Shown piece after piece: positions 1 through 13,447 of a stretch of DNA of 64,000 nucleotides. Below the pieces are notes generated by a model. It worked only from the letters and a program-made list of their open reading frames with translations. It did not search any database and was not told the DNA's origin. Origin of the DNA: Balanoglossus misakiensis (taxonomy: Eukaryota > Animalia > Hemichordata); NCBI GenBank assembly GCA_040954595.2, contig CM082590.2, positions 7,502,001 to 7,566,000 on the forward strand, given 5' to 3'. Both the position numbers and the translations under genes were made by a program. Position 1 is the stretch's first letter. Every line of letters begins with the position of its first letter.

Positions 1-72
1 TATTGTGGAATTCTGGTCTGTGCAATAGTCCTGTACAGTGACTGTCTATTGGTCAGTGAGCACAATGGCACC

Positions 73-748
73 AAAATAAAAGGCACAATTTTAGGCTCAC
101 CTGTAACACCTGCTTAACTCATTAATTATGTGCATACCTAATTCTGGGCTAACTAAGAGGGCTAGAGGTTTCGTTCTTGTGGGACATGGACCAGTATAGG
201 GTCAAAATTTCTTGCCCAAATTTTGGGTGACCTCAGGTGACCTCTGACCTACTTTCCTATATCTCGGCATCCAGAGCAGGTACAGACTTGGCGTTTGGAG
301 GGTTGGGACTAAAATTGAAAAGCCAAATTGGGGGGTCACCTGTGACACCTGCATATCTCATTAATTATGTGCATACCTAATTCCAGCCTAACCAATAGTG
401 CTATAGGTTTGGTTTTTGTTGAACATGGACCAGTATAGGGTCAAAATTTCTTGCCCAAATTTTGTATGACCTCAGGTGACCTTTGACCTACTTTACCATA
501 TCTTGGCATCCAGAGCAGGTACAGACTAGGCGTTTGGAGGGTTGGGACTAAAATTGAAAAGGCAACACTGGGGGTCACCTGTGACACCTGCCTACCTCAT
601 GAATTATGTGCATACCTAATTCCAGGTTAACCGATAGGGTTATAGCTTTGGTTTTTGTTGAACATGGACCAGTATAGGGTCAAAATTTCTTTGCATGAAC
701 TCAGGTGACCTTTGACCTACTTTACCATATCTTGGCATCCAGAGCAGA
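73..748. repeat. Tandem repeat, ~239-bp unit, ~3 diverged copies
   Basis: Block tcacctgt(g/a)acacctgc...attatgtgcatacctaatt...acatggaccagtatagggtcaaaatttctt recurs near 95, 335 and 573. Confidence 0.9.
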
Positions 749-826
749 TATGCTTATTGCTATGTTGCACTTGCTATGTGCTATGTTGGCTTGGGCCCGC
801 TATTGCTGCTTGCAGCTATATTTGAA

Positions 827-1100
827 AATTATGTCCACTTGGTCTAAAATTAAAGGGGAAAATCAGAAAAAATATGTGAAAATGTTGCACCACATTTTGA
901 CGTGCACAGGGTTAAACTGGATATGTGTTCTTCTGAATATTTTTTTTCTAAATTTTGATCACGACTTGCGGGCAGTGGAAAATCATGTCCACTTGGTCTA
1001 AAATTAAGAGGGAAAATCAGAAAAAATATGTGAAAACGATGAAAATGTTGCATCACATTTTGTCGTGCAACGGGTTAAAAATGTATTGTGTTCTTCTGAA
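827..1100. repeat. Tandem duplication, ~153-bp period
   Basis: atgtccacttggtctaaaattaa...ggaaaatcagaaaaaatatgtgaaaa at ~831 and ~985. Confidence 0.85.
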
Positions 1101-1644
1101 TGGGTGAGTGTTTGTTGTTTGGGGAAACATGGTAACTAACTTGCTGATCAAGTAGCTATTCATAGTGTTTTGTTGTGTTATGTCGTGTTGTGTTGGTGAT
1201 CTGAAGCTGTGAGATAGAAACGCTGAAAAGAATTTTCCTGAATCTGGTTTCATGCCAACTTCTTTGAGTGTCCCCGAAGCCCGTTCTTGAATGAACTCTG
1301 GGGCCGGCTAACTGTGAAACGTGAGCATGTTTTCGCGTGTCAAACTGTATCAGGTCTGAAGTAGAATTTCGCCTGAGCGCTAGTCGACTGTCAGACCAGA
1401 GCTATAGTCCTGCCAGATCAATTTGCTGGCTTGATTCAAGATAAACGACATTGATCGAAATGCAAAATACAGCCAATATTTAATGTCCTACTTTGGTACC
1501 AGTTTATCCGGATTTAGTGCCACATCTGACCACTGAATGACCTTGACCATCATGCCACTTGCTTTAAGCAATCATGTTGAAGTCATGGAACAGTGATATG
1601 CATATTGACACAGGCCAACAACCCTGACCCATATTCCAAGTACT

Positions 1645-1895
1645 TATAGCTGCCAAATTTCACATATTTTTTTCCACAGTAAAATACTTCAAATATATTC
1701 CCTATCCTCTAAAATCCTCACCATTAAGCCATATTACTTGCATTTGCATCAGATTGTCATCTCTTGGCGACACATACCACGATAGCTGCGTACTGTTTGT
1801 ATGGAGGCTGATTAAATCAGTGTGGCACTGTTTTAATACATAGCATGTTCAAATTGCAACACGCAGTCACAATCAGGCATCAATAAGGTTCATGT
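1645..1895 (+). mobile_element. Interspersed repeat family copy (unclassified); others at ~10878-11190 and ~28848-29160
   Basis: Three same-orientation copies starting gccaaatttcacatattttt(t)ccacagtaaa...tattccctatcct. Confidence 0.8.
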
Positions 1896-2437
1896 CTGGA
1901 TTAGAATTCATTTGTCAAACAAAAACAATGACCATTATACATAGCCTTCTATAAGTCTACTGCCTTAAACCTTTCATACCCATTTTCCCGGCAAGACTAT
2001 TAGCTCGCCTTTTGGTAAACAGGGTAAATTTTCATGACCCCAGTGTAAGTGGCCACAGTACGGTAAACACTGTAAACCATGAATAGATGTGAGATATCAA
2101 TATCCTTTGAGCTTTGTGTATGTCACACAACCAGTACAATTTATAGACAACTGTACTGTGTACGAGTTCAGTGTTCTAACTCACCAACTGACCCAATCAG
2201 TCAGACATTATTACCTCTGAATCATACAATGACCTTCAAATCATAAATTATTTTCCGGCTCTCTCTCTCCGCAGGTGGGCCGTAAATTTTCATTTTCGAC
2301 AACTTGCAATAAAAGTTGGCCAGGGGTCTCTATTGACAGTCGCTGTTTACAACCAGACCTGTTTCTGCTTGTAGAAGGCTTTATCGAACGTGTCACCACT
2401 ACTGTGTTCTCGATGTGGAGACACACCTTGGATGGTA

Positions 2438-2649
2438 TACTGTAAAACACCTTATTTTCGCAAGTTGAAATTTTCGCGATATCGAGAGAGGCCACTGTTT
2501 CGCGAGTATTAATTTTCGCGTTCTCTTATTTCATTCACTGCATCGTTATCTGCAAAAACAATTTACGCGACTTTTTATTTTCAGGCTATTTTGGCTCTCG
2601 CGTATTTCGCGATAATTCATTGCTCGCGAAAATTAAGTGTTTTACAGTA
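2438..2649. mobile_element. ~210-bp MITE, TA-flanked (Tc1/mariner-like), TTTTCGCG-rich
   Basis: Termini TACTGTAAAACAC...GTGTTTTACAGTA; related copies at 4142-4348, 19233-19443, 33639-33852, 40579-40791, partial ~20363 and ~43677. Confidence 0.85.
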
Positions 2650-4141
2650 CTGTCACGTGTGTCAAAGGTCACTGCGCGGTCAACGCCACTGAAAATTTGC
2701 AATTGGTTATATTTGAATTTTCCATGGGAACAGTGATTATATGACTGTATACCTTTAATACACAGTTGTTTTTCTGTGAAACGTTTTGTGACCTTTGACC
2801 TTTTACGACATCCAGTTGGCGAACTGTAGATGCACTGTTGTCGCATAGCAGTGATAAATAATGCAGCGATGCAATAAATATCTCTCCGACACTCCATTAC
2901 AATAAAGAGGTCTTTGATGATCTTATAAGTTATTGCCGTATCCCTAGGGGCAATGCGCGAGTTGCAAGTAACTTTGGGTCAAGGACAACGTTGCATAGCA
3001 TTTGCATAAATTAAAGGTACACGGTATGCAAATTCAAATATAGCCAATCACAGATTTTCAATGGTTAGCAGTGGCACACGAGAAAATAGTGCGACCCAAT
3101 ATTCTTCACGATACTTACTTTTAAAACTTGCATTATACAACGGCTTTGAAAATTGTATGAAAATGTATTCATTATCCTATTGATAACAAAATTCTTTGTT
3201 TGAATTATGAATTTCTTATATTTTATTAATAAATCATTATAAAAATCATAGACCCTAGCGACTAAAGAGAAACTAATGCATTCAAGCATTTCAACAATTC
3301 AGAAATTCTTCACTTTATAGTAATTCTCTCATTGATAAATGCACATGGCAATCCAATTTTAACATGCTTTTTACAGAATGATTAATAGTTTGGTTAAAAT
3401 CGTAATACGAACCTGTCATTTGATAAAAGTCGAATATAAAATCAATAAAATCAAGGGCAACCACTCTCAATGTAATCCTATGAGGTCCATCTTAAAATTA
3501 TTTTTGTCTGTCAACTGAGGTAGAGATCCTCGAGGGTTGACCCCCCCCCCCCCTCCCCTGGCAGACAATTTGGATAGAAATCACCAAAAATAATGAATTC
3601 TGATATTTCAATCAGAAGGGTATCATATTATTTGTCTTAAAATGGGGTAAAAGTTGAACAAAACAGTATAAGGTTATTGTCGTTATGTAAACAAAAATTA
3701 TGTAAATATTTTCAATTTCAGATAAATTTAGAATAACTGAATTCCACACATAGAAAATATATTCGTAAGTCAACAGAAAAAATGTCTTATATAACGATAT
3801 GTAATAGTACCTATGCTCAAATCAGAACAAGATAAATTGGTTTCCAGATGTCTTGTTACTTGAGATTTTTAATGTAGGTTTTGCCTTCGAGGCATCAATG
3901 TTTTCAATGGTAAATTTTAAAATAAATTTACGTACCTATTCCAGTAAATAAGCAATATATTACTGTGCTCTGTTATTAAGAATTCTTAATCAGGTAATAG
4001 AATAAAATTTTAATGAACACTTCAATTATCAGCGATTAACAAATGAAATATCAATAATGGCGTATCTCTCCCATAATGAAAGTGAAAACTGAGACTTTCT
4101 ATTTTTGATTTTCTTTACTAATGCTGCATTAGAGGTACATG

Positions 4142-4348
4142 TACTGTAAAACGGGAAATTTTCGCGAACAATAAATTTTCACGAACTTCACAAGAACTAA
4201 AAAACGCAAAAATAAAGTCGCGTAAAAATGTTTTTCCGGAGATACCGATGCAGAGAAATACGAGAACGTGAAAATTAATCATCACGTAACAGTTGCCTCT
4301 TTTGATTGACGAAAATTTCCTGTCGCGAAAATAACCCGTTTTACAGTA
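4142..4348. mobile_element. MITE, TACTGTAAAAC family
   Basis: TIR tactgtaaaacggg / cccgttttacagta. Confidence 0.8.
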
Positions 4349-5620
4349 TAATGAGACTGAAGAGTTCAATAAGAAATGAGTTAAAATACACACAAGGGTT
4401 TGAAATATTTGATGACCGATTAACCGACAATAAAAGTTTTGGTCACCTTAGTAAGTTTGGTATGCGTGAAAGTAGTTATCAGACTACCATGTTTTCACTG
4501 CTAAGGAAAGTCCAGTGTTTCATCTAGACGGGGGATGGGGGGAGGGGATTCGCCCCCTGTTGACATTTGGGCCATCCCAGGCAAAATAGGGGGCTTATGG
4601 GAGTGCGATACTTGTGACCATAAGACCCCAGTCTTTCTGCTTGGGATGGCCCATTTGGCACCCCCTAGCAATTTGTCAAGGGTGGACCACAGCTGCCCCT
4701 TAAAATGATGTCACTCATATGTTGGAGATATTACATTCCCCCCCCCCCCTTACCAGAGTGGAATCCCCCCCAAATATTCTGGCATAGGGGGAAATATCCT
4801 CCCTACTGAAGTCAGACAGACTAGATTTTTGGGGGTGAGCGTGGGGGTGTGGCACCATGGTAACAGTAACCAGGGCTCCGCCTTTAATAAAAACACCAGT
4901 GGAATCAAAATAGCCAATTTACTGTAACTGGCAAATAAATGACTCGTCCGCCACTTGCATGACCTCTATGTGACCCTTACATCCTGGCATTTTGTTGCAT
5001 GAGTTTACCACCGACCCTATACCATCAGACCACCTATGGTTGCCCATAGAAACACACTGACCGTAATACATCCTTCACTACCTACTGACTTCCAAGAAAA
5101 ATGCTAAAAATAACAGCTTTGGTGGTTGAGTTTATAAGTGAGGTTTCTAGCTCTAAACAGACGTAGAAATCACAGATTATTAATGAGTAACCGAGGGTCG
5201 GTTCTGTTGACATCATTATCACGTGCCTTTCTGTTCGGACTTCGAAATGTTGTTATCAAACACTAGTGGGTCATCAATACCTTAGTTACATGATGCGATG
5301 ACACGATTTTTGTCATAGCAGGTCGTGCTGGCAAAAACTTTCATATTATATTCAAGATCGTTGGCGATTTTGAGAGTATTGTCATAGACAGGGTGTGAAA
5401 CCTACTACAGTACTGTCTATATCAGTCACGCTTGTCATGTACATGTACAGTCATTACTGCGTTACATAAATATGACTAGACATGTGACTTTACAGAATCG
5501 CGAAGTCTACGATGCAGCGATCCAGCCAAAAATGCACTTGTGAGACACTACTGATGCATATCCTCGCTCTGTGGTCATTATTTGAGATCCACTCACTCAA
5601 AAATGTCCGGTTTTACTTAC

Positions 5621-5878
5621 CTTGAAAACTAGATCACACACGCCGTACCGCATAAGTGTCCACAGCAGGGCGAAGCCGAAGATAAGACTGGCGTCGGTCG
5701 CTGAACAGTAAAAGTGACGGAATTGCGCGAAATAGCTGAAGTTTTCGGGGATCTCGTTGAGCAGCTGCAGCTGGCATGGAATGACGGCTTTCACCATCTC
5801 TATATACCCCGGCATCGGCATAAAATCGTCATCTTGGCCCGTGGTTCTAAGACCATACACTTCACTATCTGCGGCCAT
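5621..5878 (-). CDS. CERS1: Ceramide synthase 1 (LASS1/CERS1)-like, first coding exon only; remainder apparently left of the window
   Basis: 86 codons MAADSEV...MPMPGYIEMV...FALLWTLMRYGVCDLVFK then GTAAGT donor at 5620; resembles the CERS1 N-terminus (PMPSYAQLV...LGWTALRSAATARLFR). TLC domain not seen in the window. Confidence 0.7.
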
Positions 5879-6162
5879 GTTTTTTTCTCTCTACTACTCA
5901 GATGATCGACAGACATTCAGCGAAACCATTCAACTGACAGGGGTGAGCAGCACGCTTCATTAAAATTTGCCAATCGCGTTCAAAATTAATTTCACAATTC
6001 ATGCTGTTATATACAGATATTCATAACTATATCATGTACTTTCTTGTGTTTGGTTAAATATGAGCAAATTGGGTTCTATGAACAAACCCCTCCAGATGTA
6101 AAACTTCCCTTTTTAAGTGATGTTGTGGTCCAGGTGTTGGGAGGAATTCACTTGGCCACTAA

Positions 6163-7984
6163 CAGTCAGATCGCACGGCATTCATTAACATATGCAAATG
6201 AAGAAAGTACTTCAAACCATGTAGCCGTTAGAGTGGGCCCCGCTGAAGGGTCGCGAAATAGGCCATTTTTTTACTCGATATTATAGAGCTGTTTTCAGGC
6301 GATGTGGATTATTTTAAGACAAAACCGTGGATTCACTTGAAGGTAGGTATACTTGATTGTTACTGAATGATTTTTTGGCAACTTCTGTCGAGTAGTTTCT
6401 TTGTAATCACGAAATTTCTGACGACTGTGAAAAAACACATAGCGTTGACATCCTCTCGATTATTTTTAAGCTGACCGTTACACATGGATTTTACCACGAA
6501 ATTTCAAACTTTTATCAAAATATAGACATCAAACTCCCTCTCTTTGAGTTTTCATTCACTTCCAAGCTTTGATAGTGACGATATGACCAGTTCAATTTTG
6601 TTTACCTTTCAACCTGTGAGCGCCATTTTGTTTACTTTTCAACCCGTGAGCGCCACTTCTTCTGCAAAATGGCGGGAGAAGACAGCATGCATGTGTACGT
6701 ATATACGCTGGCGCAGGCTTGATCCTGGGTTGTACCAGCTGCGTAGTTTTCCCTCCTCTCTCGTGCGAAGAAATTTTGATTGCTGATATGTAATCCCGAG
6801 TTTTACTAAACCCTAACAATTATTTTATGAAGGTTTGCCCGTCAAGGAAACTCACTTTTTTTAATTTTATTGTTCTTTCAGATTGATGAAGACTGATTTT
6901 TGTGGTGGTGGTGTTGCAGTTGACTGTTTTATTTTAGCTGTCTGAGTTGACAATTTATTCTGTATTTTGTTGTATTTTTAACTCTTTATCCTGTATTTTG
7001 TAGTAGTATTTTGAACACTGTTTAATAAATAAATTACTATTATTATTATTTATCGACCCAATGCAATGATGACAAATCGCTCGCCTTCAGACACAAATGT
7101 TGTATTTATTGCGTATATCATCAGCGAATAAAGGGAAGTGGTTTCGAAGTTACACTTGGCATTTTCGAAAAGTCTACTTATATCCCACGATGCGGAGAAA
7201 AAAATATATACAAAATACGTCAGCTGAGCTCCTCACGAACGGTAAACCTGGCATTCTGTGCATGGGTAATCAAATATTTGTTTGTAGCCCAATGTAGGCG
7301 AACGGTGTGGAGCACCCGGGCGCGGCACTCGTGCGATTGATCGATGTTGTGTCGAAATCAGGCCAGTAATTAAGTTAAAACTTGGCTGATATGTTACCTT
7401 AGAGTGTTATACACTATCCAGTAACTTTTACTTGACAAGTGTCTTTTAGAAACTTTTCCCCACGATAAACGTGTCGTTTCACGAGCAACGCAACACTTCC
7501 GTATTTACAAGCCTAACATGGAGAGGTCAACGTAGGGCCTATACTTCCGGGTCATATCGTCGAACTACATCGATTATTTTTAAGCTGACCGTTACACAAG
7601 CATTTCGAGTTAATTTCTTTTCACGGATGTTGGGACCGATATTAGACCTATCTGTCACGAAAACTTGGTTAACTTCCGAGGTCGTCTTCAAATGATTTTT
7701 GGCACGTTTGTGGACGTCTCTTCCGAGGTCACCAACATACCACCGAAAACACGCTAAAAACTACTACTATTACCGACAGATTCTCATAAAATTTACGTCT
7801 GCAGTGCAAAATAGGAATCACTTTCGAAATTTATCGAGCTAGCATGGTATTTTATTGTACCACGGAGTGTAAAAATCAAGTTGAAAATCACCTTGAAAAC
7901 TGGCCTATTGCCGTCTGTTTGAAAATTAACGGTCGCTGGCTTGACGAACTTTCATATGCAAATGAGCACCGTGCGATCTGACTG
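6163..7984. mobile_element. 1.8-kb non-autonomous TIR DNA transposon with 4-bp TSD
   Basis: 16-bp perfect TIR cagtcagatcgcacgg / ccgtgcgatctgactg plus imperfect extension; CTAA directly on both flanks (6159-6162, 7985-7988); no transposase ORF. Confidence 0.8.
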
Positions 7985-8207
7985 CTAAATCACTTGCATG
8001 TAATATGTACTTGAAAAGTTCACGCTTGTTGTGCGTGATAAATGTAGTTTGTGGGGGACGGGACGTACCATGGGGCCTGGGGAGGGTGTAGACATAAAAT
8101 GTTTGTTTTGGGGTTGGGGAGAATAAACAGTACATGTATTTACATGAAGACCCGACGTGAACTTTTCCCAGTTTATTTGTCTAACGGAACGCGGTTATGT
8201 TGCATGT

Positions 8208-8210
<3 letters not shown>

Positions 8211-8275
<65 letters not shown>

Positions 8276-8300
8276 GCTCTCTCTCTCTAGCTCTCTCTCG
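8211..8300. repeat. (CT)n microsatellite
   Basis: Direct reading. Confidence 0.98.
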
Positions 8301-11300
8301 CTCTCCTTCTGAAATGAATGAAAAATACTATTTCTGGAAACAAAGTGAAACTCATTTCATAAAATGTCGCGTTTCATGCCTCTGACCTTTGACACAGTGA
8401 AAAGTACACGCGCCACTTTCATTTTCGTGTCCATTTCCTGATTCGCGTGAAATGCGAGTATTGATGGCAAAACGGCGTGGTAAATTCTGTTATTTTTAAA
8501 TGAACGATTGTCTGAACTAAATATCAGTTTTATGATCCAAATTGTGTTTATACACGACCATCAGCTGTTGCGCGTTGACTTTCAATGTCGTTTGCGAGAG
8601 TAGATGGATGACCTCATCTTTTGGGGTCAATCAAAGGACACACATGTTGCCGCTGCTGATGACGGTTGCCCAAGGCGACAAAAGTGAAATGACAAATAAA
8701 CTTTCTCCCTTAGTCTCGCCATCACGTGGCCATGACAACTACTGGAAGATAAGGACATGTCGCAAAGGCAGATTTAGAGAATAAGGGGAGAACCATTTTA
8801 ATCCTGGGAGGGTAGAGAATCAGCTTTTTTCAGCTACTGTTCAATACAGCAATTTTGTTATTGCCAGTCCTAGTTTTTTTTTTCTCAAGGCATTGCAGAA
8901 AAAAAGTGTTTTTCCTCCGCACAATCTTCCAATATGTTCTTTTCTTCAAAAAACCCTCTATCTATCTCAAGATTGGGTGCATACTGGACACTTTCACACA
9001 GTAAAACATGAGTCTACCCACGTCAATCATTAGAGCGTGTTGAAATACAGGCCTATTTCTGTACATTTCTTTTTATAATTTCTTCAAACTTCTTCATATA
9101 TTATTGGTAAGTATATTTTCCTTGCCAAATCAACCATTCTCCCCACTATTTCACATCTTGAACGGACTATCTGTTTCAGACCATGCTTTTAGCAGGATTT
9201 TTCACGTGTGCTAAACTTCCACTGGTTAGCGCCCTCAATGTTAAGAACTGGTTTTTCTCTCTCCAGTGAGAGTGATAACCCAGCGAGAAATATAATATTA
9301 TTATCAACTTTCCTAAAATCACGTAGACGTTAAAAAGTCAAGAGACGGGTGGCTAAGGACTTGATAAACTGGTTAGCTACGAAGTAAGCAAGTGTACAGA
9401 AATATTGACAAACTTCGTTATTACATTTGTTTTATTTTAATTATACTAAACTATTATTTTTCGCTATGCTTTAAAACACTGGTCTGGATTCTGTAGACTG
9501 TATTTATGCGATAATATGGCGAAGATAAACGCATAACGCTACATGGACCGCGCATGACGTTAAATGCGAATCTTGCAAACAGCCGATTCCCAGTCACTTA
9601 GTATCAAATAAAGGCTAGGATTGTTACCGTGGCAACAGTGACGTGAAAAAAAACGCCCACGTAAAGAAGCTCTGTTAATGCGAAATACTTCTGCATATTT
9701 CAAAATCAAGGACGGGTTTCGTGGTTTTTGAGGTACCTTAGTACAATGCAGTTCAAAGGTAGATGATTTTGTTGTTATTTTGAAATCATCGATCATTTGC
9801 ATGATTATGTGGCGTTCAAGTTGAGCGTGAACGCGTTAATATTGACGCGCGCGCGTGGACGCGTCTGTCCTGCATTAACCTGCGGGTCTCTACTCTATAG
9901 AGGTTGCAATTTACTTGATACAAGGACCAGCTCAAATTACATTGTGACGAGCTGGTATACTAGCATTGTTTCTTTCAACGATTTTTGTTTAATTATAATG
10001 TTGAGAATTAAGATACCTGAGCGCGCTTGCGTTTGGGGAAAGCACGCGCGCGCACGCTTCGGCGCGCAGTCCTATGCATCACACACGCGCCATATACCAT
10101 AACATCAGTAGGCGCATTTGCAAAGAGTGACAGATTTGTGGATATTTTTACAATCACAAACATCTACAAGACAGAGATTAACTGTTATTTTTATGTCTTG
10201 TGTTGAAGCTGCAAAATGTACAGAAACGCCTGTTGCATGGCTGGAATACGCTTGCTTGACAATGACGTCATTATATAAGCGCGGAACGGCGCTATTACTG
10301 GGCTATCCAAAACACAGGTCCATGATATTTACGCATACTGCCCTTTTAAAACATTTCGGTTATTTTAAGTAATTCATTTACATACTTATCTTATAATAAA
10401 TTTGCAGTTTAATAATAGAAATGTTCTTGTATTTGTATGACACCTTACACATACAGCTTACTTTGACAAAGAAAATATAAAAAGCCTTAAAATATTTTAG
10501 GACCGGAGTAATTTATTACCTCTTTCACCGCCATGGTTTGGTCCAAATCTACTGTTTTCTATGGTAAAGTTGGACCTCTATAGAGGGAAGTGGGGATGAA
10601 AGGGTAATGGATGCGCCTGCTAACGTCAGCGTCTGCCTCAATGTGTATGAGTCATCGTCTGCAAAGCTAGCTGTGTTTTCAACGATTAATCTAGGTTACC
10701 CAGACGTCGACCCCCTTTAGTTTTACTTATGATTTCCTCAAAACATATAAGTACCAGTAGAGCCTACGGTGGTAGCAGGATTGGTCTGGTATGTATAGCG
10801 CCACCAGTGTGAGATATTCGACAGGGAACCACGCATGCTTACTATAAACTGCCAGCGACCATTGACTGTTAAAAGAAGCCAAATTTCACATATTTTTTCC
10901 ACAGTAAAATACTTCAAATCTATTCCCTATCCTGTAAAATCCTCACCATTAAGCTATACATGTGTATTACTTGCATTTGCATCAGTTTGTCATCTCTTTT
11001 CGCAACGCATACCAAGATCGCTGCGTACTGTTTATATGGAGGCTGATTAAATTGGTGCGGCACCGTTTTAATACATAGCGTGTTCAAATTGCAACATGCA
11101 GTCACAATCGGGCATCGATAAGTTGTTCATGTATACCTATCAGTAAGCTTATTTAGATGGACCAATTTGAGTAGGAAAATAAAATCATGAAAATGATGCA
11201 AAATGTGGCAGCAGAGGTTATAAAACCAAATGATGAAACGGTAAGAGGCTTTACAATTCTAGTTTACGTGTTACTTTCGTGAAGCGCTGTTGTCATAAAG

Positions 11301-11559
11301 TTTGTAAGTATCACCGTATGTGCATCCGTATAAGACTATACTCTACCGATAAAGCGAAGTTGTTACAAACGTGACGGAGAAAACGTGTTTTTGATTTTTT
11401 TAAATCAAGAACTTTTTGTGAACGATGGGAATATAACGAGTATAATTTTATAGAGTCGAATTGTTTTAATATCAGTTTTTTGACACAAATTATTGCTTAT
11501 TTGGTGTTTATATACTCGAACATGACATTATAGTACATGTACATATACATGTAGTACTA

Positions 11560-11765
11560 GTACAGTCGACGTCCACACACGAATGTGGGCGTGTCCTCCG
11601 TCAGACGACCCCACACTTCGCAAGCTACCCTCCCCTGTGAAACGATATAGTCTCGCCCAATCAACAAATGGCGTAATTGTACTGAACCTGCGCACTTGCA
11701 TCATCCGGGCACCCGAGCGTACGCGGGAAATGGACTCCTGATGTGATATTGAGTTTGTGGTAAGT
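11560..11765 (+). promoter_or_regulatory. Probable CTDSPL2 promoter and non-coding first exon
   Basis: CpG-rich patch, CCAAT 11657-11661, YY1-like AAATGGCG 11666-11673, GTAAGT donor at 11760; the ATG exon at 16901 begins with an acceptor so an upstream exon is required. Confidence 0.55.
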
Positions 11766-12926
11766 TTTCGTCTCAATATTTAAGATTTCTATAATAATAA
11801 CCGCTCGTTGGCGACCGGGGATCGATTGTCAGTCGTGCGCAGGGTTTGTAGAACGGGTTAATTTTACTCTGATTGCCCCAGTAGTGTTAGATCGGGCGCG
11901 TTTTCCGTCGGGTTGACGTCCAGTTTGTAGAAATACTGTCTGTGTATGTACATTGCCATTTTGAAGTTTACAGCGTACGCTTGTTTTTGACGTGAGATCG
12001 TGGCTTAAAACTCAGAATTCCAGAACACGGAAACCATCTATCGGTTCCTGTATGCACACCAGATATGTACTGATATCTTTGGGGAGATTGTCGCAAGCGA
12101 TCTCGACACGGAAACAAAATTTAAAACCACTGGAGTGAGCGCGTCTTGTAGTAAACACGCTCGCACTCTCGTACTATACTATGTGTATGTGTGTGTAAAT
12201 TATTATAGTACGTGTCATAGCGCCTGCTAATTATCTGTGATCGACGTTGCGGTTTTTAACGTTATTCCCAACACAATCGACAACACGGCTTTGCATTGAG
12301 ATACCTTGCCTGATCGCTGGGGTCTTCACAACCGTGGTTGTGTGGAAATCTGTGATCAGATCCTGTTTAGGAAACAGACATTTGATTTGATGAAACACAC
12401 ATAAATGTAAACACGGTATCTGACTGGCTAGTAATGGTTCGCTTGTCAGAATCCTGAATCGTATGATGTCGGCCCCACGGCTGTCCTGTCCATGGGCCCC
12501 TTTTGAGCAAATATTTATCAAAATACTATCACACGCACTTGTAGGTTGTCACTAAATAGAACATAGCTTAGGGGTTATAGCGCGTGTAGCAAATGACCCG
12601 TTTGTTGAAATCGTTATTTTTTCGCATGATTTGAGCGGGGGACGATAATTAAACAAACTGAATGACATAATACCTGCAGATTAAGAATTTTTATGCCCTT
12701 ATTCGTATCAGTGTTGTGGTGTAGGTGAAACGTATCGGCTGTCAAATGTTTTGCTTCTTCAGGAAAACAAACAAATCTCAAGCAATTTTTTTATTGCGTA
12801 CACTAATTATGAGTTAAATGTTGATATAGAAATGGTATATGTGAAAACTAGTGATAATAATTCTCAATAATAATTGAGTTTTGGAGTAAGAGGTTTTGAA
12901 ATGAAACTGGGGAAGGGGGACTTAGT

Positions 12927-13227
12927 TTAACCCTAATGCTACTGGGTGTCATACCTGTTTAGAGTGTCAAGACCCTTAAATACGTATGTGCCGTTTTTCT
13001 TCTCAAACGTATTTGACTGTCTTGACATGGCTCTCATACGTACTTAGACACACTTGGCAGTTAAAACCCCCTGTAAAATGTACCAAATCATACTGGTTTG
13101 GTTTGAGGGTCTTGTATAGGCCCTACTGATTAACACACACTTGGCAGCCTAACGGGCCTGGGAGCCAGGATTCTAGGCACCCTGGAAATCAAACCAGTTT
13201 CAACTGACTTGGCAGCGTTAGGGTTAA
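12927..13227. mobile_element. TTAA-flanked piggyBac-like non-autonomous element
   Basis: ttaaCCCTAATGCT...GCAGCGTTAGGGttaa. Confidence 0.6.
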
Positions 13228-13355
13228 TTTTTCTTGTGGCTTATGAATGTAATCTGTATCACAATTCTTGTCAGACATATAAAAATCTTCATGAGATTAT
13301 TCGTAAGCTGAACGACAAAAACGAAAAAATAACAACACTAGCAAAACAAAACCAG

Positions 13356-13447
13356 TTAACCCTTTCGCCACCATGGTTCAGTCCAAACCACTTGTTTTCT
13401 ATGGTGAATTGGACCGCTGAAGAGAGAACCGGGGGTGAAAGGGTTAA
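13356..13447. mobile_element. ~90-bp TTAA-flanked piggyBac-like MITE, high copy
   Basis: ttaaCCCTTTC...GAAAGGGttaa; similar copies near 10515, 14402, 18647, 20737, 24886, 25045, 28309, 28522, 31895 (interrupted), 33105, 56685, 63026. Confidence 0.85.

Noticed and set aside
1053-1330. Possible second exon of the CERS1-like gene
   Set aside because: Could not find the expected KxPESxWK-type sequence on the minus strand
8051-8385. Low-complexity ORFs (poly-SL; also FIHS at ~30150 and VCMY at ~21100)
   Set aside because: Translations of microsatellites
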